A DNA stretch of 32,000 nucleotides, taken from NCBI GenBank assembly GCA_001790095.1, contig MGBH01000001.1:480001-512000 (forward strand). The letters run 5' to 3'. The translations under genes were made by a program, and so were the position numbers. The notes below the pieces were generated by a model. The model saw only the letters and a program-made list of their open reading frames with translations. It made no database searches and was not told where the DNA came from. Positions 5,761-15,147 of this stretch are shown here, piece after piece. This DNA comes from Candidatus Saccharimonadota bacterium. GTDB taxonomy: Bacteria; Patescibacteriota; Microgenomatia; UBA1406; GWC2-37-13. The stretch's first letter is position 1, and every line of letters starts with the position of its first letter.

Positions 5761-6801
5761 ATGGAAGATATCGAAAGCATAAGTGCCTCCATACATGATG
5801 ATATAACAAAGGTAAAAAACCTCAAAGAACTTAGCACTCTTGAGACTCTTTATCTGGGTCGTAACGGTAAGATAAATGAGCTCCTTAAAAAAATGAAGGA
5901 CAAAGGACCAGAGGAAAGGAAAACATATGGACAGAGTGTTAATTTGATAAAGGAAAACTTCATTAAGCTACTTATTTCCAAAAAACAAGCGCTACTAACA
6001 ACTGCTAACAATGATGATTACATTGATGTCACTTTACCTGGAAACAAATATCCAAAAGGCAGTCTGCATTTGATCTCAGTGGCAGTAGAGGAGATAAGCC
6101 GAATTTTTGAAAAAATAAGTTTTATTAGAGTCTCGTATCCTGAGGTTGAGTACGAATTCTTTTCTTTTGAGTCATTAAACATGCCCAAAACTCACGCAGC
6201 ACGGGATGATTTTGAAACATCATTTATACAAGCCCCACAGCATCTTCAATATGGCAAGATGCTCCTTACTCCTCATACTTCCTCAGGTCAAGTAAGAGAA
6301 ATGTGGCGTGTAGGCACCCCACCCATTCGCATGATCAATATAGCTAAGACCTACCGCCCAAACTGGGACGCAACACATACTCCTATGTTTTTTCAGTTTG
6401 AAGGTCTGTGTATAGATACAGACATAAATATCACTCATTTAAAGGGTACTCTTGATTACTTTGTAAAAGCATATTTTGGCAATGATATAGAAGCGAGACT
6501 TCGACCTCATCACTTTCAGTTTACCGAACCTTCCTTTGAGGTCGATGTGACCTGTACGGTTTGCAAGGGTACTGCACTTGTTGACAAACAAAGATGTAGG
6601 GTGTGCAAATCTGGTTGGCTTGAGTTAGGAGGCACCGGGATGGTTCATCCAAATGTTCTTATTTCCGGAAAAATTGATCCAAATATATATTCAGGTTGGG
6701 CGTTTGGATTTGGTATCGAACGAGTAATAATGATGAAATATGGAATAGATGACATCAGGAATTATTATTCAGGTGACATCCGTTTTTTAGAGCAGTTTTA
6801 A
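5761..6801 (+). CDS. pheS: Phenylalanyl-tRNA synthetase alpha subunit
   Basis: 346 aa. Motifs are HHFQFTEPSFEVDV, a CxxC...CxxC zinc-ribbon insert (CTVCKG...CRVCKSGWLELGGTGMVHPNVL), and motif 3 GWAFGFGIERVIMMKYGIDDIR. Confidence 0.95.
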   Translation: MEDIESISASIHDDITKVKNLKELSTLETLYLGRNGKINELLKKMKDKGPEERKTYGQSVNLIKENFIKLLISKKQALLTTANNDDYIDVTLPGNKYPKGSLHLISVAVEEISRIFEKISFIRVSYPEVEYEFFSFESLNMPKTHAARDDFETSFIQAPQHLQYGKMLLTPHTSSGQVREMWRVGTPPIRMINIAKTYRPNWDATHTPMFFQFEGLCIDTDINITHLKGTLDYFVKAYFGNDIEARLRPHHFQFTEPSFEVDVTCTVCKGTALVDKQRCRVCKSGWLELGGTGMVHPNVLISGKIDPNIYSGWAFGFGIERVIMMKYGIDDIRNYYSGDIRFLEQF

Positions 6802-6810
6802 TACCTTTTT

Positions 6811-8793
6811 ATGAATACGAAAATCACGCATTCTTGGTTGTTGGAATATCTTGATACAAAGGCAACTCCTTTGGAAATCCAAAAATATCTTTCACTTTGT
6901 GGCCCATCAATAGAGAAAGTAGAGAAAACACAAGGGGGTGATTATGTGTATGATGTAGAAATCACCTCAAACAGAGTTGATACCGCCTCAGTAATGGGTA
7001 TCGCCCGAGAGGCAGCCACCATACTCACGCGATTTGGTATTAAGTCAGCATATAAACCACCAAGGCTTGAGTTCTCAAAACAAACCGCAGAGACCGGTTT
7101 GCCCCTTGATATTGTAGATAGTAAAGGCTTGTGTAAACGAATTATGGCTGTTGTCATGGACAATATCACTATCAAACCCTCACCAAAACTCATTCAAAAA
7201 AGATTGCAAGATGTAGGCATAAGATCATTAAACAACGTAGTTGATATAACCAATTATGTGATGACAGAAATTGGCCATCCAACTCATGTTTTTGATTATG
7301 ACCGAATAATGACACACAAACTTATCATTCGCAAAGCAAAGAATAATGAAGAGATAGTAACGCTTGATGAAAAAAAGTACTTGTTGTCAGATGAAGATGT
7401 CATCATTGATGATGGAACAGGTAGAGTAATAGACTTACCGGGAATCATGGGCACTGCCAATAGTGTGGTAACAAAAGAAACAAAACGTATTATATTTTTT
7501 ATTGAGTCAAATAGTCCTGTTGCAATTCGACGAAGTTCTATGAGATATGGTATACGGACCGTTGCTGCGACTATCAATGAAAAAGCACCGGATCCAGAAC
7601 TAGTAGAGGTTGCCCTTATAAAGGGCATTGATCTTTTCAAAGAAATGGCGGGTGCAAAAGTAAGCGGAGGTATAATAGATATTTTTCCAAAAAAACCGAC
7701 TAACACAATTATTAATATCAACCTTGAGTATATAAATAAAAAAATAGGCGTAGTTATATCGCTTGAGCAGGTCGTAAAGATACTTAAAGGGCTTCAGTTT
7801 GATGTAAAGGTAACTAAGGAGTCAATACTAAACATTAAAGTTCCCTCATTTAGGAGAAATGATGTACTTATCCGGGAAGATATAATTGAAGAAATAGCAC
7901 GAATCTATGGTTATCACAACCTTCCTAATAACTTATCACCCGCTCGTTACGTTAAGCAACCAAAAGAATTTGAAGATTTATTTGTGAATACCAACAAAAT
8001 AAAATTATTTCTTAAACATATAGGTCTTCATGAAGTACTTAACTACTCTATGATTTCTCTTTCGATGATACATAATTTTGGTCTCAATGAAAAGCAACAC
8101 TTGTATCTTTCAAATGTTTTGTCAGAAGATATCAAATACTTACGTATAACTCTTTTACCTTCGCTTGTCAAAAATATCAAAACCAATGAAGGCAGACAAA
8201 AAATCATGCGCTTTTTTGAACTTGCTAAAGTATATAAACCCAAGACAAACTCATTACCAGAGGAGTCCTATAAACTGGGAATTGCACTCAACACCTCCTT
8301 TGATGACTTAAAGGGTGTGGTTGAAGCTCTCCTTGATGAATTACATATCGATCAATATGCATTTAACCGGTCATCAAGCCCTTATTTCTCCACTACACAA
8401 GCAGCGCTTTTTATCAAAGGAGAAGAAGTTGGATTATTAGGTAAGCTTAAACCATCTTATCAAGAGTCAAACCTGCTTTCATATGAATGTATGTTGGCCG
8501 AAATTGACTTTGACCGTCTTATTCACCACGTAAAACAAGTATCAAACTATAAACCCCTTCACCCTTTCGCAATCATCAAACTTGATACATCATTTATTTT
8601 ATCATCAACACTTTCATATGAACAGTTCAGGGATAAAGCATTCAAAATGTCAAACTTGCTCAATAAGGTTGAGGTTGTTGATAGATATAAAAATAAGGTC
8701 ACTATCAGATTGTACTTTTCTTCACCACACAAAAACATCACTGAAGGTGAGGCAAAAGAAGCACTACAACTCATCAATCCATCAAGAGGATGA
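6811..8793 (+). CDS. pheT: Phenylalanyl-tRNA synthetase beta subunit (short form lacking the OB-fold/B2 tRNA-binding domain)
   Basis: 660 aa. The B1-like N-terminus runs directly into ...YDVEITSNRVDTASVMGIAREAA (the NR(A/V)D motif). B3/4, B5 and a C-terminal FDX-ACB-like domain follow. It is adjacent to pheS. Confidence 0.9.
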   Translation: MNTKITHSWLLEYLDTKATPLEIQKYLSLCGPSIEKVEKTQGGDYVYDVEITSNRVDTASVMGIAREAATILTRFGIKSAYKPPRLEFSKQTAETGLPLDIVDSKGLCKRIMAVVMDNITIKPSPKLIQKRLQDVGIRSLNNVVDITNYVMTEIGHPTHVFDYDRIMTHKLIIRKAKNNEEIVTLDEKKYLLSDEDVIIDDGTGRVIDLPGIMGTANSVVTKETKRIIFFIESNSPVAIRRSSMRYGIRTVAATINEKAPDPELVEVALIKGIDLFKEMAGAKVSGGIIDIFPKKPTNTIININLEYINKKIGVVISLEQVVKILKGLQFDVKVTKESILNIKVPSFRRNDVLIREDIIEEIARIYGYHNLPNNLSPARYVKQPKEFEDLFVNTNKIKLFLKHIGLHEVLNYSMISLSMIHNFGLNEKQHLYLSNVLSEDIKYLRITLLPSLVKNIKTNEGRQKIMRFFELAKVYKPKTNSLPEESYKLGIALNTSFDDLKGVVEALLDELHIDQYAFNRSSSPYFSTTQAALFIKGEEVGLLGKLKPSYQESNLLSYECMLAEIDFDRLIHHVKQVSNYKPLHPFAIIKLDTSFILSSTLSYEQFRDKAFKMSNLLNKVEVVDRYKNKVTIRLYFSSPHKNITEGEAKEALQLINPSRG

Positions 8794-11400
8794 GGAGCTT
8801 TGGCTACTTTCTGAGGAAGAAGATGAGGTGGGAATGAGTTGAGGAGTGTTAGTTGGACCTGAAGTCGGCGCTGCATAATCCCAAGGTTTATTCAAACCAA
8901 ATTTTATCATTGACTCACCTGATTTGTCTTTATCGTTGACCGCCCTTACTTTTAGTTCATATGTACCATCCGAATATCCGCTAAAGGTTTCATCTATCTC
9001 CCGTTTATCTTCATTATAATTTTTCACCTCATTGTTATTAATAAATATTTTGACATTTTTTAAACTATTTAAGGTAGTGATTTTTACTTTCACGTTTATA
9101 CTGTTGCCGTTTACCGTGGTTTTGTCCGAGGGAGACTTAATAGATACGAGCACATTCTCAGAGTTATTATCACTTATGTCTGTTGGACAGTGAAATTTAT
9201 CATCGGTCATCTCTTTACGCCAGGCATCAATGCCTTCCTGCCAACGATTCTTACCGTCGGTTGATATGGGATCGTTTTCAATAAGCACCACGCAGTCTTT
9301 TTCATCATAATTGCCCGATTTTATCTCTATATCATTTGCAAGTTTACCATTTGATTTACTTATCTTCAATTTTTTATATGCGGGAGAAACATCTTTTGGT
9401 TCGGTTCCCTCAATAAAATACTCACTCCTTGTTTGTTGACCATCTTTTGGTAACCCACCAAGCCAAGAATCAATAGTAAGAGCCTTAACTTTATCCGGCT
9501 TATCCATTATACCGTCTGGATATGTTTTGAGCAGGGCAATCATGGTTTTGTACCAAATAGGAGATGCTCCTGTTGATCCGGATGAGATATTTGGATTCAT
9601 CTTGCTGTTGTCATTGTTTCCAACCCATACCCCAACAGTTATACCCTTTGTAAAACCAATTGCCCAGTTGTCACGTTTATCATCGGTTGTACCTGTTTTG
9701 ACCGCAACAGTCTTACTAGGGACGTTAAGAAACGACCTTGTACCAAATACTTCAGCTCTTGCGTTGTTGTCTGACAGTATATGTGAGATCAAAAAAGAAA
9801 CTTCGGGAGAAAAAGGCTTGGTTTCTTTACCCCCCTTCGCGCGGTAAATTATGTGATTCCGGTGATCTTTTATCTCAAGTATTGACTGAGTTTCTTTTCT
9901 AATCCCACCACGAGCAAATACAGAGAAAGCGCCTGTTATATCAAGGAGGGTCACCTCGCCACCCCCAAGGGTAATTGACATACCAAAACGATTAAGATTC
10001 TCATTGGTGGGTGCAAGAGTCAAGAGACCTAAATCAGACGCTTTTTGTAGAAAATCTTTTATCCCAATCATTGCCAAAAGTTTTACTGCGGGTATATTGA
10101 TTGAATTAGCTAAGGCAAAACGAAGTTGTTGCGCACCCCTATACTTACCATCATAATTTACGGGAATATAATCCGGTTGATCCTTTACTGGAAAAACAGT
10201 CTTTACATCCATAAGTACCGTTGAGGGCGTGTATCCTTTTTCAAATGCAGTTGCATAAGTAATGGGTTTTATTGTTGATCCAGGCTGACGAAGTCCAAGA
10301 GCAGCATTAAATTTGCCATATTCGGGGTCATTAAAATCATATGAACCAACCATGGCAAGAACTTCATTTGACTGTGAATCCAGGACAACCGTTGCTCCGT
10401 TACCAACCTTATAATCATCTTTAATTTCATTAATTTCGTCTTTCACTATTTTTTCTACCTTCGTTTGTGTTTCAAGAGAAAGAGTAGTTTTTATTTTTAA
10501 ACCTTGATCCAATATCTTGGTTCCATATTCTTTTTCTATTTGTTCTTTTACGTAAAAGACAAAGTGGGGTGCATTGATAGACATCTTCGAAGAGGAAAAC
10601 TTTACTTTATCCAACTGTGTTAACGAGCCTGCTTCTTGTTTTTTTGTGATATAACCATCTTCTTTCATCCTGCGCAGTACATCTTTTGTTCTACTTTTCC
10701 AAGCGTCTTTTTTACCAATAAATGGCGAATAGTAACTAGGCAGTTGAGGTAAACCGGCAAGGATGGCCGATTCAGTGATGGTTAAATCTTTGGGAGACTT
10801 GTTGAAGTATCCTTTTGCTGCAGATCCAATACCAACAAAGCTTCCACCATATGGAATCTCATTTAGATACATCTCAAGAATCTGGTCTTTTGTGTATTTT
10901 CCTTCGACCGAAATAGCAAGTATTATTTCTTTTATTTTTCTTGAACCCGTCAGACTTGAATCCAAAAGGACATTTTTAATGAGCTGCTGAGTAATGGTTG
11001 AACCGCTTCCTTGAACGCTTCCCTTTAGAAGCATGTTAATAACTGAGCGTAGCATGCCGGTCTGTGAAATGCCTCCGTGTTTGTAAAATGACTTGTCCTC
11101 GATTGCGATCGTTGCATGTTTTAGATAATCGGAGATGTCCTTCATGGCAACGGGTAACCTGTTTTTGTCTTTATACATCTCAAATAGCACCTTGCCGTCT
11201 CTGTCATAAAAGACAGTCGCATTTTCTGAAATTTGGGAAAGTTTTCCAGGCTCAGGAAGATCTTTGGCATACCAAGCAAATAGAATAAATATAAAAAAAA
11301 GACCCAAAATAACAGCGCCAATGCAACCTATTCCAATATATTTGAATAGATGTTCTTTTTTTAAGCTAAATCTAACTCTTTTTCTTTTACTTACATACAT
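8782..11400 (-). CDS. Class A penicillin-binding protein (bifunctional GT51 transglycosylase / transpeptidase) with C-terminal Ig-like extension and Ser-rich tail
   Basis: GT51 motifs are EDKSFYKHGGIS, GSGSTITQQL and RKIKE. Transpeptidase motifs are STIKP (SxxK), SIN (SxN) and KTGTT. There is an N-terminal TM anchor. ATG 11400 (MYVSKRKR...) is preferred over the track's TTG 11442 because TGGTATACT (11415..11407) sits 6 nt upstream. Confidence 0.9.
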   Translation of the reverse strand: MYVSKRKRVRFSLKKEHLFKYIGIGCIGAVILGLFFIFILFAWYAKDLPEPGKLSQISENATVFYDRDGKVLFEMYKDKNRLPVAMKDISDYLKHATIAIEDKSFYKHGGISQTGMLRSVINMLLKGSVQGSGSTITQQLIKNVLLDSSLTGSRKIKEIILAISVEGKYTKDQILEMYLNEIPYGGSFVGIGSAAKGYFNKSPKDLTITESAILAGLPQLPSYYSPFIGKKDAWKSRTKDVLRRMKEDGYITKKQEAGSLTQLDKVKFSSSKMSINAPHFVFYVKEQIEKEYGTKILDQGLKIKTTLSLETQTKVEKIVKDEINEIKDDYKVGNGATVVLDSQSNEVLAMVGSYDFNDPEYGKFNAALGLRQPGSTIKPITYATAFEKGYTPSTVLMDVKTVFPVKDQPDYIPVNYDGKYRGAQQLRFALANSINIPAVKLLAMIGIKDFLQKASDLGLLTLAPTNENLNRFGMSITLGGGEVTLLDITGAFSVFARGGIRKETQSILEIKDHRNHIIYRAKGGKETKPFSPEVSFLISHILSDNNARAEVFGTRSFLNVPSKTVAVKTGTTDDKRDNWAIGFTKGITVGVWVGNNDNSKMNPNISSGSTGASPIWYKTMIALLKTYPDGIMDKPDKVKALTIDSWLGGLPKDGQQTRSEYFIEGTEPKDVSPAYKKLKISKSNGKLANDIEIKSGNYDEKDCVVLIENDPISTDGKNRWQEGIDAWRKEMTDDKFHCPTDISDNNSENVLVSIKSPSDKTTVNGNSINVKVKITTLNSLKNVKIFINNNEVKNYNEDKREIDETFSGYSDGTYELKVRAVNDKDKSGESMIKFGLNKPWDYAAPTSGPTNTPQLIPTSSSSSESSQSSSSS

Positions 11401-11406
11401 AGTTGT

Positions 11407-11415
11407 AGTATACCA
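11407..11415 (-). promoter_or_regulatory. Extended -10 (TGGTATACT, minus strand) 6 nt before the PBP ATG
   Basis: The minus strand reads TGGTATACT-ACAACT-ATG (ATG at 11400..11398). Confidence 0.4.
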
Positions 11416-11447
11416 ACTGAAAGAGTAAACCGCAAAAAACAAACTTT

Positions 11448-11456
11448 TGATATACT
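11448..11456 (+). promoter_or_regulatory. Extended -10 (TGATATACT) 7 nt before a small ORF upstream of recG
   Basis: TGATATACT 11448-11456, then ATAGTTT, then ATG 11464. Confidence 0.35.
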
Positions 11457-11463
11457 ATAGTTT

Positions 11464-11577
11464 ATGAAAATCGGAAAAGTAAAAATAAAAAAAGAGTTTA
11501 TTTGGAAAATAATCATGATCGTATCATCTATCTTACTTATTCTTTCTTCTCTTTCACCTATGTTGTTCATACGGTAA
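11464..11577 (+). CDS. Hypothetical 37-aa single-pass membrane peptide
   Basis: Own translation gives MKIGKVKIKKEFIWKIIMIVSSILLILSSLSPMLFIR*. It has a Lys-rich N-terminus followed by a hydrophobic stretch of about 20 aa, and leaderless-type promoter geometry. No homology could be recalled. Confidence 0.3.
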   Translation: MKIGKVKIKKEFIWKIIMIVSSILLILSSLSPMLFIR

Positions 11578-11599
11578 ATATAATATACTGTCTAAGTAT

Positions 11600-13666
11600 A
11601 TGATGATTCTTGACACTCCTATTGAATCTCTACCCGCAACAAGCCCTCTTACTATTAAACGTTTAAAATTAATAGGGATTGAAACTTATTGCGATCTTCT
11701 CAACTACTTTCCATATCGGTACGAAGATTACTCCATAATTAGTCCGATCATGAGCATCCAGGAAGGGGAAACCGTTACTATAAGGGGAACTGTCATCAAG
11801 TCAACCAATGAATACACCAAAAGAGGCTACAAACTGCAGAAAATTACATTGCAAGATAAAACAGGAAGTCTTCAAATCACATGGATAAATCAACCATATC
11901 TAGCGCATATATTTAAGACGGGGGTTACACTTTCTGTATCTGGGCTGGTAACCCGCTTTGCCGGTAAATTAACATTACAACCAAACGGATGGGAGATAAT
12001 TAAGGACGAATCAATGCACACGGGCAGAATCATCCCCGTCTATTCTGAGATACATGGACTTTCCACAAAAACACTTCGTGAAAAAGTATTCCATGTTATC
12101 TCTCACCTCAAAAATACACAGGAACCCCCGGAGAGTCTTCCCACAGAGGTCCTTATATATAACAACCTTATATCTTTCCATGAAGCATATATAGAAGTAC
12201 ACTACCCCTCGTCCAAAGAACGTTTAAAACAAGCTCGACTAAGATTGGGCTTTAATGAAATGCTTATTTTACAGTTATCTCTTCTCTTAAAAAAACATGA
12301 GCAAAAACAAAAAAAAGTTATGTATCAGTTTTCTTTAGACGATATAGAAAAGAAACAAAAAATAAAAAATTTCATAGAACGTCTTCCATTTAAGTTAACA
12401 AACGGCCAAAAAGAGGCAATATACGATATTGAACAAGATCTAAAAAAACAAAATCCTATGAATAGATTTCTCCAGGGAGATGTTGGTTCAGGAAAAACCG
12501 TGGTTGCCGCATTGGCTGCTTATATTACCTATCTAAATGGGTATCAAACCCTCATAATGGCTCCAACCGAGATCTTGGCGGATCAGCATTATCAAACAAT
12601 GCTACGTCTTTTTAAGGAAACGTCAGTAAAGATAGCTATCCAAACGGGATCAAAGAAAAATTTAAAAAAAGATTCCTCGAACTTTGATATCATAGTCGGA
12701 ACTCAGGCGCTACTCACTAAGTCTCTTATCTTTAACAAGGTTGGTTTTATCGTTATAGACGAACAACATAGATTTGGAGTGGCTCAGCGAGCCCTTTTAA
12801 AAGAAAAAGGTGGCGAACCACACCTGCTTACTATGACTGCAACACCTATACCTCGTACACTAGCGCTCACTCTTTATGGAGAAATTGACCTCACTGTTAT
12901 ATCTGAGATGCCTCAAGGCCGTCTGCCAGTAAAAACATATCTTGTACCCTCAAAAAAGCGACAAAAAGCCTATGAGTGGATCAAAAATAAAATCCTAACA
13001 GACAGATGTCAGACGTTCATTGTTTGTCCTTTGATAGAAGAATCAAAAGAAGAGACAAAAATATCAGTAAAGGCTGCAAAAAAGGAGTATGAACGTCTGC
13101 AAAAAAATGTTTTTCCTACTTTGCGAGTAGCGCTTTTACATGGAAAGCTTAAAAGTAAAGAAAAAACTGAGATTATGCAGGAATTTACCCGAAAAAAGTA
13201 TGATATTCTTGTATCTACGTCTGTTGTGGAAGTAGGTATAGATATTCCTGATGCAACGATCATGATCATTGAAGGAGCAGAGAAATACGGGTTAGCACAG
13301 CTTCACCAATTAAGAGGAAGAATTGGGCGAGGGAATAGACAATCATACTGCTATCTTTTTTCAGACAATCAAGAACCAGCCGTTCTTCACAGACTCAACT
13401 TTTTTTCCTCAACTACAAACGGAGCGGAGTTATCTGAGTATGATTTACATCACAGGGGACCCGGCAATATCTTCGGCACAAACCAGCATGGTTATTTAAA
13501 ACTTAAAATCGCTTCACTAAGCGATATCTCTCTCATAAAACAATCAAAAAATGCAGCAGATTACTTGATTAAAAAGTCGCCTGACCTTAAACTATTTCCA
13601 AAACTACTTTCTTCTTTAAATTCAAACCAACCGCAAACACACCTTGGCAAATCATCTACGATATGA
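11600..13666 (+). CDS. recG: ATP-dependent DNA helicase RecG
   Basis: 688 aa. N-terminal wedge/OB region, helicase motifs GDVGSGKT and DEQHRFG, MTATPIPRTL, QLHQLRGRIGRG. Confidence 0.93.
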   Translation: MMILDTPIESLPATSPLTIKRLKLIGIETYCDLLNYFPYRYEDYSIISPIMSIQEGETVTIRGTVIKSTNEYTKRGYKLQKITLQDKTGSLQITWINQPYLAHIFKTGVTLSVSGLVTRFAGKLTLQPNGWEIIKDESMHTGRIIPVYSEIHGLSTKTLREKVFHVISHLKNTQEPPESLPTEVLIYNNLISFHEAYIEVHYPSSKERLKQARLRLGFNEMLILQLSLLLKKHEQKQKKVMYQFSLDDIEKKQKIKNFIERLPFKLTNGQKEAIYDIEQDLKKQNPMNRFLQGDVGSGKTVVAALAAYITYLNGYQTLIMAPTEILADQHYQTMLRLFKETSVKIAIQTGSKKNLKKDSSNFDIIVGTQALLTKSLIFNKVGFIVIDEQHRFGVAQRALLKEKGGEPHLLTMTATPIPRTLALTLYGEIDLTVISEMPQGRLPVKTYLVPSKKRQKAYEWIKNKILTDRCQTFIVCPLIEESKEETKISVKAAKKEYERLQKNVFPTLRVALLHGKLKSKEKTEIMQEFTRKKYDILVSTSVVEVGIDIPDATIMIIEGAEKYGLAQLHQLRGRIGRGNRQSYCYLFSDNQEPAVLHRLNFFSSTTNGAELSEYDLHHRGPGNIFGTNQHGYLKLKIASLSDISLIKQSKNAADYLIKKSPDLKLFPKLLSSLNSNQPQTHLGKSSTI

Positions 13667-13672
13667 TATCAT
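13664..13672 (+). promoter_or_regulatory. Extended -10-like TGATATCAT 7 nt before the rpmF ATG
   Basis: TGATATCAT 13664-13672 overlaps the recG stop. It is followed by TTACTTT and then ATG 13680. Confidence 0.35.
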
Positions 13673-13679
13673 TTACTTT

Positions 13680-13829
13680 ATGGCACCACTACCAAAAAGA
13701 AAGCATTCAACAAGACGCAAAGGTAAGCGTAAAGCCCACAAAGGGATAGGTCTTCCCAAATTAGTTACTTGTAAAAACTGCGGAAAACCAAAGCGATCTC
13801 ATCGTATATGCAAGTATTGCAACAAATAA
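13680..13829 (+). CDS. rpmF: Ribosomal protein L32 (zinc-ribbon form)
   Basis: MAPLPKRKHSTRRKGKRKAH...CKNCG...HRICKYC. The track ORF starts 12 codons earlier inside recG, so ATG 13680 is preferred. Confidence 0.9.
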   Translation: MAPLPKRKHSTRRKGKRKAHKGIGLPKLVTCKNCGKPKRSHRICKYCNK

Positions 13830-13841
13830 TTTTGTTTTTGT

Positions 13842-14198
13842 ATGGATACAAGGCACAAAAAAAGAACTGAAATAGTTCAAAACCTTTTTGCATATACTTT
13901 TCAACCCTTATCGTCTAATCTTCCTTTCTCAAGCAATACTACAAAAAAAATTGTAGACAATATAAAAAAAATTGATTTAGTCATTTCTTCGCTTGCGCTC
14001 AAGTTTCCTATAGATAAAATAGCCAAAATCGATCTTTCCATACTAAGACTTGCCATTTTTGAATTGTCGATCGAACCACATGAACCAAAAAAAGTTATAA
14101 TTAACGAAGCTGTAGAACTTGCGAAGGAACTGGGTGGTGAAAAATCATATTCATTTATAAACGGTGTTTTGGGTAAACTCATAAAACATGAAGCGTAA
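13842..14198 (+). CDS. nusB: Transcription antitermination factor NusB (short form)
   Basis: 118 aa. [49 protein letters not shown] is the typical NusB C-terminal half. Confidence 0.8.
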   Translation: MDTRHKKRTEIVQNLFAYTFQPLSSNLPFSSNTTKKIVDNIKKIDLVISSLALKFPIDKIAKIDLSILRLAIFELSIEPHEPKKVIINEAVELAKELGGEKSYSFINGVLGKLIKHEA

Positions 14199-14880
14199 AT
14201 TTTTGAGCCTGGAAAAAAAAATTGGCATCTCGTTTAAAAATGAGGTTTTGCTTGAAAATGTGTTTGTACACAGATCCTTTTTAAATGAACATAAGTCATT
14301 TTATCTTCCCTCCAATGAAAAGCTTGAGTTTTTGGGGGATAGCGTTCTATCTTTAATAACCTCAATCTTTTTATATAAAAACTATCCCGATCTTGATGAA
14401 GGCACATATACTGACATCAAGGCGTCGATCGTACGCACTGAAAGTCTGGCTGAGGTTGCAAAAAAAATTGGCCTGGGAGATCTTGTATATCTTTCCAAAG
14501 GAGAAGAACTCAATATGGGAAAAGATAACAAAAATATTCTTGCTGATTGTTTTGAGTCTTTGGTTGCTGCTATCTTTATTGACCAAGGATTTGACCAAAG
14601 CTATTCATTTATTCTCAATGTCTTGTTTAAAGAAAAACTTGATTATATTGTCAAGAATAAATTGTATCTGTCGCCAAAAAGCAGGCTTCAGGAACTGCTG
14701 CAAGCACAATATAAAATGCTACCTACCTATACTATCTCTAAAGAAGCAGGACCAGAGCATAAAAAAGAGTTTACTATCGATGTGTTTTTCGATGATAAAA
14801 AATTAGGCACAGGAGCAGGTCTCTCTAAAAAAGAAGCTGAAGAAAATGCTGCCAAAAATGCCCTGGAAAAAATGAAATAA
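14188..14880 (+). CDS. rnc: Ribonuclease III
   Basis: The RNase III signature is [14 protein letters not shown]-terminal dsRBD is present ([10 protein letters not shown]...[10 protein letters not shown]...[23 protein letters not shown]). It overlaps nusB by 11 nt. Confidence 0.93.
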   Translation: MKRKFLSLEKKIGISFKNEVLLENVFVHRSFLNEHKSFYLPSNEKLEFLGDSVLSLITSIFLYKNYPDLDEGTYTDIKASIVRTESLAEVAKKIGLGDLVYLSKGEELNMGKDNKNILADCFESLVAAIFIDQGFDQSYSFILNVLFKEKLDYIVKNKLYLSPKSRLQELLQAQYKMLPTYTISKEAGPEHKKEFTIDVFFDDKKLGTGAGLSKKEAEENAAKNALEKMK

Positions 14881-14900
14881 AACATATATAATGTCTATCT

Positions 14901-15134
14901 ATGCCAGCAACAATAAGACTAATGAGATTCGGAAAAAAAGGGTATCCTACATATCGAATTGTAGTGCTTGATAAAAGAAAAAAAGCAGTTGGGTCATATC
15001 TCGAAAAGATAGGGACATATAATCCAATGAAAAATCCCGCAGAACTTATCATCGACAAACAACTACTTACTAAGTGGGAGCAGAAGGGTGCTGTTTTATC
15101 TAATGGAATGAAGAAAATACTCCATAAAAGTTAA
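14901..15134 (+). CDS. rpsP: Ribosomal protein S16
   Basis: MPATIRLMRFGKKGYPTYRIVVLDKRKK... matches S16. TATAAT at 14887-14892 lies 8 nt upstream of the ATG. Confidence 0.93.
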   Translation: MPATIRLMRFGKKGYPTYRIVVLDKRKKAVGSYLEKIGTYNPMKNPAELIIDKQLLTKWEQKGAVLSNGMKKILHKS

Positions 15135-15147
15135 TGTATCTAAAACA

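Noticed and set aside
8782-8835. Serine-codon run at the PBP 3' end as a DNA tandem repeat or contingency locus
   Set aside because: The Ser codons are mixed (TCA/TCT/TCC/AGT/AGC) rather than an exact nucleotide repeat. It is a low-complexity coding tail, not a slippage-prone simple-sequence repeat.
14393-14806. 137-aa ORF overlapping rnc in another frame on the same strand
   Set aside because: It is entirely embedded in the well-supported RNase III gene. Its sequence is low-complexity and Leu/Lys/Ser-rich with no recognisable motifs, which is typical of an alternative-frame artefact in AT-rich DNA.
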